Assembly (NCBI RefSeq): GCF_009914755.1 | Contig: NC_060927.1 | Length of the DNA: 64,000 bases | Source: the human T2T-CHM13v2.0 reference genome, Homo sapiens | Strand: one strand, 5' to 3' | Part shown: piece by piece, positions 1-14,342 of the stretch | Position numbering within the stretch: position 1 is the stretch's first letter | Layout of the letters: every line of letters starts with the position of its first letter | The notes under the pieces: model-generated | What the model was told of the DNA's origin: nothing | Databases searched by the model: none | What the model saw: the letters and a program-made list of their open reading frames with translations, nothing else | Position numbers and translations under genes: made by a program

Positions 1-386
1 GTTAACTTTGTTTCACCACACACCAATAAGCAGCAGTTTTTGGCAGAGTCTTTGCTGGGGATTCTCCAGCAGCTCAGGTAAAACTGCAAAACGCAACAAA
101 AAATTCCTCTACTTTACTTCTAAGTGGAAGAGAGAGTAGATGCTCTTTCACAGGCTGGAAAGGCACTTATCATGTTGAAAGGACCAGTTTAGCACTGAAG
201 ATTGCTAATGGGCTCTGCAAGATGACTCACAATTTATAAGCATTTCTGGCAGAGGGTTGAAGGTTTTATAACTTAGTGAACTGAGGGCCAAAGGACTGTG
301 TCTTAATTTATGGGGAAATAGAAAAGATTTAACATCGTTCTTCTCTTGTCAAAAAGTAAAGTTTTACTTTTTCCCCATGGAGTGTC

Positions 387-400
387 GTGTGTGTGTGTGT
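387..400. repeat. (GT)7 microsatellite
   Basis: Direct reading. Confidence 0.9.
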
Positions 401-724
401 CTAGCTCAGTGTGGTGACATTAAAAATACCAGAGGCCTCATGAATGTCCCTGAGGCAAGTGCCTGCCTTGAGGGGGCCTGCACTGGCCTGATGCATCTCG
501 GAGTTGAACCTGCCCTGACATGGTGTTTTTGAGGTCAGTCCATTCCCTGGTCTCATCTGGCTACTCAGATTCTCAGGGAAATACACCTAGTCTTCAGTGG
601 AAAACTCTGAGTAAAGGTTTGGGATTCTAAAGTGAGGTCTTTTCTTCTGTTCTCTTCCTTTTATTTATAACTTTAAAGAAAGGATTAGCATAAACCATTA
701 TGGCATTACATAAACAAAAAAAAA

Positions 725-950
725 GCAACTATTGATTGAGTGCCTTCTGTGAGTTAAGGACTTTTTTTGATGCTTTACATAAATTATTTCATTTATTCCA
801 ACAGGAGATATTGTTATGCTCATTTTAGGATTGGTGTAAAGCAAGCCTTTCTGAAGTCAAGCAATGTGCTTGAAATCACTCAGCTAGAAACAGGGGAGGC
901 TGAATTCGAACCCAGATTTCTGACTCTAAAGTTTGTATCTTTAACCAACT
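725..950 (-). mobile_element. MIR SINE
   Basis: Reverse-complement MIR motifs: attgagtgcc...tgctttacat...attcgaacccagatttctgactc. Confidence 0.75.
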
Positions 951-1834
951 TTTCACTTTATTAACACGCTCTTTGCCACTCTCTTTTCATGCCAAAATAT
1001 GTGCTAATATGACATAAAGGAGAGAATTGTTCGCCTCCCTGATTCTTTTTGCCTGGAGAAAACATTTGCACAAGCTAAGCAATCAATATGTTTATTACCT
1101 TACAAAGAGTTGTTCAGAGAAATATAACATCAGGCACATGTATCATGTTGATGCTTCAGAAATTGTATCAGTGCCCTATCAAATAAGCTACTCTGCGGAC
1201 TCTGGCTCTCCATGAGCAATACCTGAGATGTATAATTTCATCTTTGGCTTTTTCCTTGGCTCTGGTAACATTTTGTGTCTGCTGTGAGGTAAACTCCGAA
1301 GACTAGTACAAACAGAATGTCATAGTTATTTTAACAAAACCAAATCTGGCTTGAGCTTTATAAGCCAGATCGGCTTAATACCCAGTGGAATATCCTCAAA
1401 ATTGTCCCTTAAAAGTCCAAACCACACATCTTTATTAGATCCTGCCTCAATCTTTGAATCATGTTTCTCATCCCTACCTTTACCAATTCAGCTCCCTTTT
1501 GACTGAAATACTATTATTCCCTCCTTTACTCTTCCTGCCTCTCTGAAAAAAATCCTAACCAGCTTCCTTCTTAGCAATTACTTTTTTCACTAACAGAAAC
1601 TGAAGATTCTCTTGAGCCATGGAAGGAGAATTGGATAGTTAAAGCAAATAGAAAATTTTAGAGAGGAGGCAAGATCATTGTTGATTGCAGAGAGGAGGCA
1701 AGCTCATTATTGAATGTTCACTATCTGCTCAAGAATTTTTTAAAAACGTGAAATTTTGTGGAGAAGCTACACATCAAGAAGTAGAGATGAAGATAGGGAG
1801 TGTAGAGAAGAGCCAATGAGGGTTAAAAGAGTGT

Positions 1835-2068
1835 TACAGCATAGTCAATGAGAGGCATGGATTTGAAGTCAGGTAGCATGGGCTCAAAGCCAGTTTTAAA
1901 CTCTCTAACTTTGTGATCTTGGATGTGTTATTCCACTTCCATAAACCTGAATTTTCTCTTTGAGAAAATTGGGATAATATCTATACCCATAGGTTGTTGT
2001 GAACATTAAATGAGTTAATCATCATAAAATAATTAACTCAGAGTGAAGTGTTAAATTAGTAGTAGCTA
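1835..2068 (+). mobile_element. MIR SINE
   Basis: MIR core tgtgatcttgg...aaaattgggataata...cataggttgttgtgaacattaaatgagttaat. Confidence 0.8.
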
Positions 2069-2107
2069 TATGGATTTAATGAAGAAGCCTTGTGAGAGAA
2101 GATGAGT

Positions 2108-2188
2108 TATATCTTACTTATCTTTGTGCCTGGCATGTGGTAGGCACACAGTAGACATTTAGTAAATGTTGGCTTAATGAATGATTCA
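2108..2188 (+). mobile_element. L2 3' end fragment
   Basis: gtgcctggcatgtggtaggcac...taaatgttggcttaatgaatga. Confidence 0.6.
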
Positions 2189-2238
2189 TGTATTTGGCAG
2201 AATGGATTAGAGAAATGGATTAGAAAATAAAAGAGAAG

Positions 2239-2610
2239 TGATATGAACTGAATATTTGTGTCCCCCAAAATTCATATGTTGAAGCCCTATCCTAATATGA
2301 TGGTGTTTGGAGATGGGGCTTTTGGTAGGTAATTAGGCTTCGATGAGATCGTGAAGGTAGAGATACCATGATGGAATTAGCATCCTTGTAAGAAGAGGAA
2401 GAGGAAACCGAGCTTTCTTTCCCTTCGCCATGTGCCGATGCAGTGAGAAGGCTGTCTGCAAGGCAGCAAGAGGGCCTCTTATCAGCCCTGAATATGCTGG
2501 CACCTTGGACTTGGACTTCCCACACTCCAGAAATGTGAAAAATAAATGCCTGATGTTGAAGTCACTCAGTCTATGCTATTTTCTTATAGCAGTCCAAGCT
2601 GATTAATACA
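2239..2610 (+). mobile_element. MaLR solo LTR (MLT1A0-like)
   Basis: TG...CA termini, 372 bp, tcccccaaaattcatatgttgaag start, AATAAA near the end; perfect 5-bp TSD AGAAG (2234-2238, 2611-2615). Confidence 0.9.
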
Positions 2611-3777
2611 AGAAGAAACCCCAAATCACCCAGATATAAAGAACAAGTTAAACCCAAAATCTATTTGAGTATTTTTATCAAGAGACAAATGTAATTGTCT
2701 CTATTCATTAATTGTTAGTAGTCAATATTGCTGTCCGACACTATCAATACCTTCTTTTGGATCCTTCTCTCAATTCCTAGAAATGTTTTGTTGTCAGGGT
2801 ATACTTTATGTCAGGCTTAAGGGGTTTCATTGTGAACAACCAGGATTTCTCTAATTCATGATACCATTTATAATACTTGATAAATGAGTTCACTCTATGG
2901 AAATGGATATTTTAAAACTGGCTAACTTTAAAGCTTAAAGCACTTGAGCACTTGAGATACTTTCAGAAGGAAATAATATATTTTGCACAGTGAAGGGAAC
3001 AGGTCAATTTCCACAGTTAGCTCCATTGCTGATATCTAGGAGCTAAAATTCTTTGTTTTAAAAGATGTGCTTTAGCACAGGGCATTTCTTATAGTCAGTT
3101 CTGCCTTTAAGGGAAGATAAGGTGTTTTTGTTCCTTGTCTTACAGAAACAGTGAACATTAGGTTACATTTAAAGTATTACATTGATCCAGCCAATAACTC
3201 TAGGATTTTACTGTAGGGTATTCACATATAATTTCAGGTACGAATTACTGTTCTCTAATTATGACTCTAATTATCTTTCTATACTCCGGTCAGTTCATTA
3301 AAACCGTACTGCTCAGTGGCTACTCTTCTATCTTCTTCAGTACAGCCATTGCTGCAACCTTTTGGCCAAATGCTCATCTTCACATACTAAATTGAGGTTT
3401 GCCTGCAGTCTGCAACTAGCTTTTTTATACATTTAGACAAGTTTTTAGTCTAAGTGCATTGGCTATACTTTGAGACATCTTTAAAGACTTGAAGACAATA
3501 ATTGAAGCTATTACAAGCAATGCTAAAGTGCATTTCAACAAGGTGGGAGAATGTAGATCTTTATTTCAAGGCTTAAAAGCCTTTGCTTTTTTTCCTAACA
3601 CGAAAACTACATGGCTTAGGATATTCATCTATCCTAGAGTAATTTTGAAGGTAAGAATATAGTGAGACCAGCTGTTTGGTCTTGATGTATGCGTAAAAGC
3701 AGGTGCAAGGAGAAGGAGAAAGGGCAAAATAATAAAATAATTTTGAAAAAATAATTCATAATTTTATTATGACTGGT

Positions 3778-4229
3778 TTTACTGTGAGTTTAATCATGGC
3801 CCTCAAAATGTTATGTCCATATCCTGACCACTAGAACTTGAAAATATTACCTTATTAGACAAAAGGGTCTTTGCAGACATAATTAAGAATCTTGAGATGA
3901 GATTGTTTTGGATTAGCCTGGTGTGCCCTAAATCCAATGACAAGTATCCTTTTAATACAAAAGAGAACACACAGACATAGAGAAGAAAAAAGTGTGTTAA
4001 AAAGGCAGAGATTACAGTGATAGAGCTGAGGAGGCCAAGGAATGTCTATAGCCACAAGGAGATGGAAAAAGTGGGGTCTCCCCTAGAGCCTTCAGAGGAA
4101 TCACAACTTTGCTGACACCTTGATTTTAAATTTCTGACCTCCAGAACTTTGAAAAAAAAAAATCTTTCTGTTGTTTTAAACCACTAAGTTTATGATTATT
4201 TGTTATGGCAGCTGCAAGAAACTGATACA
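3778..4229 (+). mobile_element. MaLR solo LTR (MLT1B/C-like)
   Basis: agggtctttgcaga...ccctaaatccaatgac...ccctagagccttcagagg...gaaactgataca; TSD ctggt/ttggt. Confidence 0.85.
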
Positions 4230-4591
4230 TTGGTTAAACAGGAACTATTCAAGGCATTCCTATTGGCCATATTTCTCTCTTGACATTTTTATCCTATGTA
4301 AGCATATTGAAAATATTGTTTTCAGTATTTGAAAGGAAACAGTATTTGGAAAATCTTTGAAAAATGTTATTCATTTTAATCTGCACATTATCATCCTCAT
4401 CCATGATCTATTTTTGGTTTAATGAAGAAACAATAAATTACTTCAGAGGATTATATTAATGGTTATTTAGGAATATGCTACTATCACTCCAATCGTACAA
4501 TGCTTCGTATCTACAAAAGAATATTTGTTTTATCTGGAAAGAAGGCTAAGGCAGAAATCATCTATTTTACTGATGATAAATTTGAGACTTT

Positions 4592-5315
4592 TTCATTCAT
4601 TCATTGATTAAATAAACATTTATTGAACACCTAAGTACCATTGTTTGGTACAGATTCAACAGGAAATACCGAAACAAACATCCTTTCTTCTGAATCTTAC
4701 ATTATATTAGAGTTAGAGGAGAGATTTTAAAAAAAGATAACAAATAATAAAGTATATATTATTAAAGCAGGCTAAGGAGCAAAGAGAGCTGTGTTAGAAG
4801 GGTTGCAAAGTTAAATAAGACAGTCATATCTCTGAGAAATTCTTCAGGAAGGTGAGGAAGTGAGTTGTGAGGACACATGGGGAAATGCTTTCCAAACATA
4901 ATGCATAGTCAGTGTGAATATCTGTGCCCTGTCACTCAAGGAACTGTAAATAGAACAGAGAAAGCACACAGGAGGCTAGTAGTAAATGAAGTCAAAGAGA
5001 TAATAATTTTATTTAAATTTAAATTTCAAACATGTTTTGTGCTACTTGAGGATTTTGACTTGTTTTCGGAATGAAATGCAAAATATTAGAAAGTTCAAAT
5101 AAAGGGGATAAGGTCTAATTTGTGATTTAAAAGGCATATTCTCTCTGCTGTGTATAGATGATAGGTGTGAAAAGGGAGAATGAAGAAAATCAGGAGACTG
5201 TTGGAAGCCTGGTCCAAACAACTGCGACCAGACTGTTTGTATTAAGATGAAACAATGTAGATAGAGAGAAATATAAAATTAAATATGGCTTACTACCAGA
5301 TTGGATTTAGTGTGT
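4592..5315 (-). mobile_element. L2 LINE, 3' part
   Basis: ttcattcattca...aaacatttattgaacacct is the L2 3' end in antisense; homology resumes at ~6155. Confidence 0.7.
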
Positions 5316-5340
5316 ATATTATACACTTTTAAACTTCGTA

Positions 5341-6153
5341 TATTACAGGTGCCTCAACATCCCTGTTTTAGTCTGCTCTGACACTGCTAATAAAGACATG
5401 CCTGAGACTGGGTAATTTATAAAGGCAAGAAGTTTAATTGACTCACAGTTCCACATGGCTGGGGAGGCCTCACAATCATGGTGGAAGGTGAGTGAGGAGC
5501 AAAATCACTTATTACATGGTGGCAAGCAAGACAATGAGAGCCAGCAGGGGAAATGTCAGACACTTATAAAACCATTAGATCTCGTGAGAACTCACTCACT
5601 ATCACGAGAACAGTGTAGGGGGAAAACCATCCCCATGATTCCATTATCTCCACCTGGTCCCACCCTTGACACATGGGGGTTATTACAATTCAAGGTGAGA
5701 TTTGGGTGGGGACACAGAGCCACACCATATCAATCTCCACAAACAAGCTGTGAGCACCCCACCCAGGTGACCTGATGCACCAGTGTGATAAGGCAGGTTC
5801 CTGCCACAAGTTCCCCTTCTTGCCTTTCCCTGACTATAATCAAGTGACATTTCAATGTACCAGTAAAATTTTCTCATGCCTTTTGCTGGTGTACTTCACT
5901 CTGACCCTTCAGTAAAAGCACTTGCCCATGGATCATCACTCTCTCTCCGCTCCCCATCTGCTTGGTTGAACCTACTCCCTAGGAACTCCTCCCATATGAC
6001 CCCATTGCATGGCTTGCCATGCCTCCTGTCTTTAGGACCTGTGCATATAATAAATTCTTTACTTTTATATGCCTTGCTGAGTGCAATGCCTGTGGCCATG
6101 TTGGAATAATCCTTAAACGCCCACAAGAGGGCCATACTCTCCTGTTTGCTACA
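5341..6153 (+). mobile_element. Old ERV-type LTR (family uncertain), split by THE1C
   Basis: GC-richer block interrupting the L2, AATAAA at 6049-6054, ends ...gctaca; family not confidently recognised. Confidence 0.45.
5364..5732 (-). mobile_element. THE1C-like MaLR solo LTR
   Basis: Minus strand starts TGATATGGTGTGGCTCTGTGTCCCCACCCAAATCTCACCTTGAATTGTAATAA; 369 bp; TSD atccc/atctc. Confidence 0.9.
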
Positions 6154-6154
6154 C

Positions 6155-7265
6155 AGAATGGGAGAAAAAGAGGAACCAAAGCTTATTCCAAGATGTTTAA
6201 CCTGTTTTACTGGAAAGATGAAGCCATCATTAACTGGGAGCGAGAAGACAACAGATAGATTATATTTGAAGAGGTGAGATCATGGATATGATAGCTTTCA
6301 GATATTTATTTAATCTACAAAATGTTGAGTTGGTAGTGAGAGATATACTCAACTGAAATTCAAGGAGGAGGTCCAGGATAGCGATGTTTATTTGGAAATC
6401 ATTTGGATATAGAAGATATCTAAAAGCATGCAACTGAATAAGATCACCAATGAAGTGACATAAATAGAAAAAATAAGAGGTCCAAGGACTGATTCCTGGG
6501 GCACTTCAAAGTTTGTCCTCAGTGACATAAGAGGAAGAAACAAAACTTCTGTGGTTCCAGAAGCCATTAGAAAAAAGCAACACCAAAAAAGGTTCTTAAG
6601 GAGGAAGTGAGATCAACGTGACAGCTGGCAAGTCACTATTATGATAGCTATTAGTTGACTATTGGATTTGGCAATGTGGAAGTCATTGCTAACTTGAGAA
6701 GAAGAAGTTTGGTGGAGTGGTAGGGGCAAAATCAAGATTACAGTGGATTTAAAAGACAATAAGAAGAGAGGAAATGGAGAGAAAAAATATTGACAACTCT
6801 TTCAAGGGATTTAACTATAAAGAGCAGAGAAATGAGACCATGATTATGTCAAATGAAGAGGAGTTGTGTCAGAATGACTTTAAAACAGGTAAACTAGCAG
6901 GAACAATCCAATAAAGAGAAAAAGCTTGATAATACAAGAATAAAATGAGGAAGTTCTAATGATATTCTAGAGTAGGTGGAGGAGGAGTAAACTTTAGAGT
7001 GTAAGTCAAACATTTGCTGTTAAGTAGGACCATAATGACTTCAACTCTACTAACAGAAGAGAGGAGACTATGGGTCTAGATACTAGAGGGTACCAAGATG
7101 TAATGTTGAGAGAGTTTCCTTCAGATTGCTTTTATTTTCCTAGTGAATTAGAAAAAAAGATCATCAACTGAGAAAAAGTGGGGTAGGGGATATTAGCAGA
7201 TTAAAAAGAGAATATGGTGTAATATTCATCAAGGACTGTGACAGAGTAAGTGAGTGAAGAAATGC
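6155..7265 (-). mobile_element. L2 LINE, continuation
   Basis: Antisense L2 motifs, e.g. gactattggatttggcaatgtggaagtcattg...gtggagtggtaggggcaaaa. Confidence 0.7.
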
Positions 7266-8080
7266 TTGCTCCATGTTAGATTAAGGTTGTGTAACTTTGC
7301 CAAGAATACCACAGAAAAAAATGTTTTGCTCTTTTAGGTTATTCATATCAGGAGTACATGATATGGACAGGGCTTATTACTGGCGATATTGACTTTGATC
7401 TCTTGTTTTCATGTGGTCTCTGCCAGGTTTCTCCACTATAAGGTTGTAATTTCCATCTTGTAACTAGTAAATACCATGTATGGGAAAACCATACCAAGAC
7501 CCCAGTTTTCATTACAATTTTTCTCACTAATTTAGCACCATTTAATGACTCGTGTGTAATAATTATTACTGTGTTATTGGCACAATGAAGATTTGCTATT
7601 TCCATCATTCCTTCTGTGTTTACTAATTGGAATCCTACTCTCAGGAAGTGCTGCCCCTTTTCCCACATTTATTTATTTAATTAGTTAATTATTTCTATCA
7701 GAATGAACTCCTTTATATTATTCTAGAGAATACAATAAAATATCATAATTATTTATACTCTTGCTCAAATTGTTCCATCTCTGACCATTGTGAGCTCCTG
7801 TTGCATGTCCCCTGTGTCATTCCAACATGCCTCTATCTTTTCTGTGCACTTCCTTGCTTTCTGGAACCGCAAGATATTATTATAGGCTCATCTTGTATTT
7901 TCTCCACTCCAACCCTAGAATCAGCCATTTCTTCAGGAATCTCTAGTTTCTTTCATTGGTAAATGAAATTTGGAATTCAAAAATCTTCATGCTGGGTGTG
8001 CTTATTGCTTGTAGGTCCTCTCAGTGGACAGAACTAAGGAATATATTTATGCATACGCACACTTTTACATGTGTCTATTT

Positions 8081-8109
8081 TTCTCTCTGTCTCTCTCTCT
8101 CTCTATGTG

Positions 8110-8140
<31 letters not shown>

Positions 8141-8456
8141 TCAAGGAAATAAGAGAGGATACAAACAAATGGAAAAACATTTCATGCTCATGAATAGGAA
8201 GAATCAACATTTATATATTGATTTATATATATATCAATATATATGATATATATAGATCTATATATCTATATATGATATATATAGATATATATATTATATA
8301 TATTTATATATTATATTTATTTATATATATTTTTATATATATTTATATATTATATTATATATATTTATATATTTATATATGATTTATATATATTTATATA
8401 TTATATATTGATTTATATATAATCAATATTTATATATATACATATATATATATATG
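8081..8456. repeat. Compound (CT)n/(TA)n/(AC)n microsatellite and AT-only low-complexity tract
   Basis: Direct reading; interrupted by an L1PA fragment at 8140-8210. Confidence 0.95.
8140..8210 (+). mobile_element. Isolated ~70-bp internal L1PA ORF2 fragment
   Basis: ctcaaggaaataagagaggatacaaacaaatggaaaaacatttcatgctcatgaataggaagaatcaacat resembles primate L1 ORF2 (consensus [23 protein letters not shown]); no 3' UTR, tail or TSD. Confidence 0.9.
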
Positions 8457-9402
8457 CATTAGTTCTTGCTGATATATTGGATTCTGATTTAATGCTACGG
8501 GGTTTATTCTAGCCTTTTCCCTTTGAATATTTGTAACTCCTTTCTCCCACTGTGAGAAATTTACCTCTTGTTACCCAAAATGTATTTATTTGTTTGATTC
8601 TATTACACACATGGTTTCCGAATTGTTAATCCATATCCCTATGGGGGAAAACTACTTACTAGAACAGCATTTGTGTGCACTTCTTTTTGCATGTAATCTT
8701 ACAGTATAAAGTTGAAATGTTGTGTTCCAATGTTGTTAGGTTAGTATTTATTCCCAGTTACTTAATTTTTCTTGTTATTTATTTATAATACAGTTAAATG
8801 TGTATATTGGTGTTTGTATTCCATTTTAAGTTCCCCTCACATCCTATTTGATTTAAATTATTTATTTATGTTTGGAGTATGTGAAACATTTCCACGGTTC
8901 TAAAAGTCAGAGTGATACAAAAAGATATACTCACAGAAGCTTCACCTTCTCCCTGTCCCTACCATCCCATTCCTATTTTCTCAGTTCTTTCCAACCTATC
9001 CCCCCTTAAATATTTAGATAATAAATTCCATTAGTATCTGGTTTAAATTTCCTGTATTTATTTTTCAGAAATAAGTAGATGCATTAACATTTTTTTTTAC
9101 ATTTTTTTTTCATACATTAAGGATCTCATACTATAGATACACTGTTGTACTTTGCTTTCTTGGTTTTTTAACGTATATCTGAAATGACATCCTATCAGTT
9201 CGGAGACATACTCCTTATTCTTTTTATAGATTCATAATCTTGTGGAGTTATCGTAGCTTATTCAAACATCTTATTCAAACGGGTCCCCATGAGGCCTTTT
9301 CTGTATGAGCATCAAAGAGTTTATTTGATTTAAACTAGCATTATCAATTTCCTAGGCAAGAAAGTCTGTATGACTTACTCTACTCTGGCAGGTTATATAT
9401 TA

Positions 9403-9787
9403 CTCTGGCAGGTTATATATTTGCTCCTTTTTCCAGTAGAAGGATTATACTTTGCTGTCCCTTTAATGTAAAGAGTGGTTTTGTAGTTTGCTTTGGCCAA
9501 TAATATGCATACAGAAATAAAATGTGTACTTTTTAATTATAAGTTTTAAGAACTAGCTCATTGTTCCCCAGGGCTTTTTGTCCTTCTGCCACAAGATGGG
9601 CAATGCCTTTGTTAAGGTTTGCTCTGGCAGTCTGGATTCTGGAATGAAGATAGTGTAGAGCAGATTTGCAGCCACGGCATGGTGGTTGTGAAATGTGATC
9701 AAGAAATAAACCATCATGGTTACAGGCCACTAAGCCTTGGGATTTTATGTTAATGCAATATAATTTAGACTAACCTTCTTGAAATTA
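9403..9787 (+). mobile_element. Old MaLR LTR (MLT1I/J-like)
   Basis: ttgctttggccaat...gaaataaacc...gccactaag; start coincides with a perfect 20-bp tandem duplication (9381-9420). Confidence 0.65.
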
Positions 9788-9839
9788 CTAAGTGGCATAT
9801 CACATACGAGTTAAAGTAATAAATATAATTCATATCTTC

Positions 9840-10234
9840 TGTATCAGTTTCCTTGGCTGTTATAACAAGACACCACAGAGTAGGGTTCTTAAATAACTAA
9901 CATTTACCTCTCACAGTTCTAGAGGCTAGTAGTCCAAGATCAAAGTGCTGGCAGTGTTGGTTTCTTTAAGATCTCTCTTTGCAGCTTGTAGATGTCTGAT
10001 TTCTCATTTTGTCCCCATATGGCCTTTACTCTGTACATGTTCAGTGAGCAGAAGGGATCTCTGATGTTTCTTTTTCTTCTTATGAGGATGTTAGTACTAT
10101 CACATTAGGGCCCCTATCTTTATGACCTTACTTAACTTAATTATTTCCTTAAAGGTTCTATCTCCAAATACACTCACACTGGGGGCTCAGGTTTTAACAT
10201 GTAAATTTTGGATTGCATAATTTGGTCTATAACA
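9840..10234 (-). mobile_element. MaLR solo LTR (MLT1A/B-like)
   Basis: tgtatcagtttcc...ctcacagttctagaggct...tctataaca; TSD tcttc/tgttc. Confidence 0.85.
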
Positions 10235-10639
10235 TGTTCCTACTCAGAATTAAGTTGTTGGGGAATTTTGAAAATGTACCTTTAAAGTACCCTAAGCATA
10301 ATTATTATTGAATCTGAAATATGAAGTTATTTATATCATCTAATATATAACATTATGTTAAAATTTTATCCAATTGGTTAGAAATTACATTATTGATATT
10401 ATACATTAACGTTTCTCAGAAAATTTTCCTTGGTTTATATTCTTTATGTTAAAAAATTGCCCTAGGTGCATATGTTTTGGTAATTCAGAAATGTACATTC
10501 TTAAGGTGGCAATTGATGACTGCTTATATATAATTTTATTATACTTATAAATTTTGTCTATTCTTAAGATGTAAGAGTTGGCCTTGTGTTTACATTTTTT
10601 GAAAGAAAATATGGAATAATATAGCAATTCATGCAGCTA

Positions 10640-10780
10640 TTTAGCTATATAATCTTGATCAGTATCATTAGCTGTAAAATGGCAATAGTACTATGTACCT
10701 CACAAGCCTGTTCTCAGGATTCAGTGAGCTGATTACACACCGAAAGTCTGTAGCCCTATGTGAGTGCTTTATAAAGTGAT
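10640..10780 (+). mobile_element. MIR fragment
   Basis: ctgtaaaatggcaatagtactatgtacctcacaag...ggattcagtgag. Confidence 0.6.
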
Positions 10781-11894
10781 CTACAGGATAAAAATAAAAG
10801 TTACCTTGATTATATAACCATAAAACCCATCATTTAATTTAATCATACAAATTAATTTAAAGGCACATGGTAGCTAATAGGAATAACAATTTTTCTTTGG
10901 GTATAAAAAAATCATAAGACTTCTTAGGTTTTATGATGCTTAATCTATAATATTCTCTATTTCAGGGAAAAATATGACTTCAAGGCAAGATTATGAATAT
11001 TGTGATTTTGCTTTTCCAAAGATGATTGTTTAGTATCCTAGACTAAGATATGGGGACATTGGTGGCATAAGAAATTACCCTTATAATTATGAGCAAACTT
11101 CCCATTACTCATTTTTTGTAAAAATAAATAAAGCTAGAAATATTTTCTGCTAAAATCATATGAAACTTCTCTATGTGGCTCTTTGGCAGGAGTGTCCCTT
11201 TAACCTAAAACATAAGAAGATAGTTTTTATTTTCCTCTTTGTTTATAGCTATCATTTAATTTAGCAATGGCCTCTTCTAGGCACTCCCAATCTTTTGTCC
11301 ACTCCTTTTCCTTCTAATATATGTAAATAGATAATAAGAGTATTAATTATATCACTTTTATTGGATTACATCTGGATATCCATCAGAAGTTTTATTCCAT
11401 TGATTGCAATAAAAGTAAATTGTTTATTTTACTCCTAAATGATGGTAATGATTCATGACTGGACTTAAGAGAAAAGCTTTAGAAATATAAAAAAGTAAAT
11501 TTCAAAATTATAAAAATATCAAATTCTATAAAAATTAATATTGTTATTAATGATGTTTTTGAAAATAGGGTGCTCCCCCCAATTATTTCAGAAATATTTT
11601 TTATGAGTATCTCTATCAAAGGAATGCATTTAAACATCATTTATACCATAACATTCATGACAAAGTTAATATCCTGGAAGCTGGCTAGTTCCTATGAGCT
11701 CACATTCAGATTCTCTTATCTTTTCTTTACTCATTAGCTTTCTGAAAATTATTTGCGTTATACATTTCTTCTATAATTTAATTTTTGAAGAAAAGCCCAT
11801 ATCTTCTGCATTTGACTTTCTCTTTAATTCCCATTAGATTACTTTTTCTATAATTTATTTCTAAGAAATCATTTTCTAGTATAATTTAAATACA

Positions 11895-13237
11895 TAGTAT
11901 TTGTAGAAGGAGAAACTGAGCAAGGTGAGTACATCTGTGTGGGGATGGGAGACAGTCCAATCCTGGATGTAAGAACCCAAGTCAAGTGTGGATGGAGAAG
12001 ATGTGAGGAGCAGCACAGGATGGGGTACTTGTAGGTTGTGTGGCCCAGCACATGGTTTTGGAGTTTCAGGGGGTAAGGATGACTTCCAGGCAAAGGAGAG
12101 TGGAGACCGTGTTTCAGTGTGAGGTGTAAAAGTCCAAATGAAGTTAGGAGAATAACTCTGCAGGAGGCAGCTGTGGTGACAACTTGGCAAAAAGGTTTGC
12201 ATCCAAAGTGGGATTGAGTATCCAAGAGAGGGTAAAGTATATAACTCTTGGCAATAGGAGATTGGTTGCATTCAGGGAAACTGATCAAATAAGCTCCTAT
12301 ATTAAAGAAAATGAGGGCCTCGGATAAAAGGTTAACAAGTATGAAAAGGGAGAAAACTAGAATTAACCTGTGTTGGATTCGAATTGGAGATATTGGTGGG
12401 AATTTGTGGATTCCAATATATCTAAAGACAAATTTATTAAAAAAGAATCACGGATGCAATTTTGTACATGTGTATACGTGTATGTTTATGTGCATTTGTG
12501 TATATATGTGCATGTGTATGTATATAGGTATGTGCAAGTCTACATAAAAACATCCGTGTGCACAAGATCTCTGTCCACTGAAAGGTCTAAGGAGCAGGTC
12601 ACTCTAATAGCAAGGAGCACATTTAGAACCTAGTTTTTAATTCTAATTACCATTTCTCTAAAATGGACCAGGGATCCTTGAGCAATAGATGATTCTAGGT
12701 TTGAGCCAGGAAAAAAATGAGATGCACCTGGATAGCTTCTTGTGTTAAAAAGTAAGGAAATACTCAAAAATTTGAAAGAACATGTCGGACTCACACAGAA
12801 ACCAGTTTGAAATGATGCAACTGGCAAGATGTAGAATGATTGGAGCTTCAAAATACATGATAATAATGGGTTAGAATTCATTGAATAAAGTAAGAATTAA
12901 TAAATGAATAACAAAATAAATCCATAAATAGAAATCTTGATGACAAGATATTTAATGAATTATAAGTACTTATCCACCAAATATTTAATAAATGTCAAAG
13001 AACAAATGTAATATTACAGTGGAAAGGCTTGTCAGATACCATTTTCATTAAGTAATCAGTGTTAACAACACCAGTAATGAGAAATCAAAACTATGTGCCA
13101 CCTGATGGAAGTTGGAAGAACATAGCATCACATCTGTGCTTCTTTTCAAAGATGTCGAACTTTAGTGTAAAAATGAGGAAATATTAAACATACCAAATTG
13201 AGGAACATCCTTCAAATAACTGGCCTGTAATCTTCAA
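11895..13237 (+). mobile_element. L1MC3/4-like 3' region
   Basis: agaaaactagaattaacctgtgttggatt; ctgtccactgaaaggtcta; aaataactggcctgtaatcttcaa. Confidence 0.65.

Positions 13238-14342
<1,105 letters not shown>

Larger units (their letters stand above)
7335..9340 (-). mobile_element. L1MC4/5-like 3' region
   Basis: ctgccaggtttctccactata; ccctagaatcagccatttcttcagga; ctctcagtggacagaactaagg. Confidence 0.65.

Noticed and set aside
11869-12288. Overlapping 139-aa and 131-aa minus-strand ORFs
   Set aside because: Antisense to the G-rich part of an L1MC 3' region; no recognisable protein.
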